DNA from: a bacterium
GTDB lineage: Bacteria > UBA8248
DNA length: 64,000 bases
Assembly: GCA_965213685.1 (NCBI GenBank)
Contig: CBDBZY010000064.1
Span: 1,184,001 to 1,248,000, forward strand
Direction: 5' to 3'
Below, piece by piece: positions 63,904-64,000 of this stretch. Within the stretch, counting starts at the first letter, position 1. Each line of letters starts with the position of its first letter. The notes below the pieces were generated by a model, which saw only the letters and a program-made list of their open reading frames with translations, had not been told where the DNA came from and did no database searches. A program made the position numbers and the translations under genes.

Positions 63904-64000
63904 CTGTCAAAAAATGAAAATGTATATTACTTGATACATGTATATCACTCGATATATCGTAGTTGCTTTGCTTTGCCTTGTCTCAATGACTGATCGTTCA

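Overview
Eukaryotic (animal, most likely demosponge) genomic DNA that is dominated by nested, mostly degenerate transposable elements. Two host genes can be assembled by hand from splice-phase-compatible exons. (1) A plus-strand gene whose last six exons (3930-4113, 10256-10446, 17477-17630, 40530-40732, 49138-49257, 57300-57398) are spread over about 53 kb. It encodes a probable CABIT-tail / coiled-coil / SAM-domain protein, so nearly the whole window is intronic. (2) The 3' four exons of EXOC8 (exocyst Exo84) on the minus strand, convergent with it. The introns hold four Ngaro/DIRS tyrosine-recombinase retroelements, hAT, Academ/AcademH, MULE, piggyBac, Harbinger, Gypsy, RTEX-like LINE and KDZ-type remnants, a Penelope element with inverted pLTRs and hammerhead ribozyme motifs, Helentron-type HINEs and many MITEs. 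The most unusual signal is a set of DNA transposons carrying DNA/chromatin-reader cargo: an MBD-like ORF in a TTAA/GG..CC Kolobok-type element, a HIRAN domain inside a long-TIR foldback element, and an NRF1-like DNA-binding ORF head-to-head with a KDZ/CxC transposase. Many TE termini in the window also carry NRF1-type GCGCATGCGC sites. All domain calls are by-eye motif recognition and need HMM confirmation.
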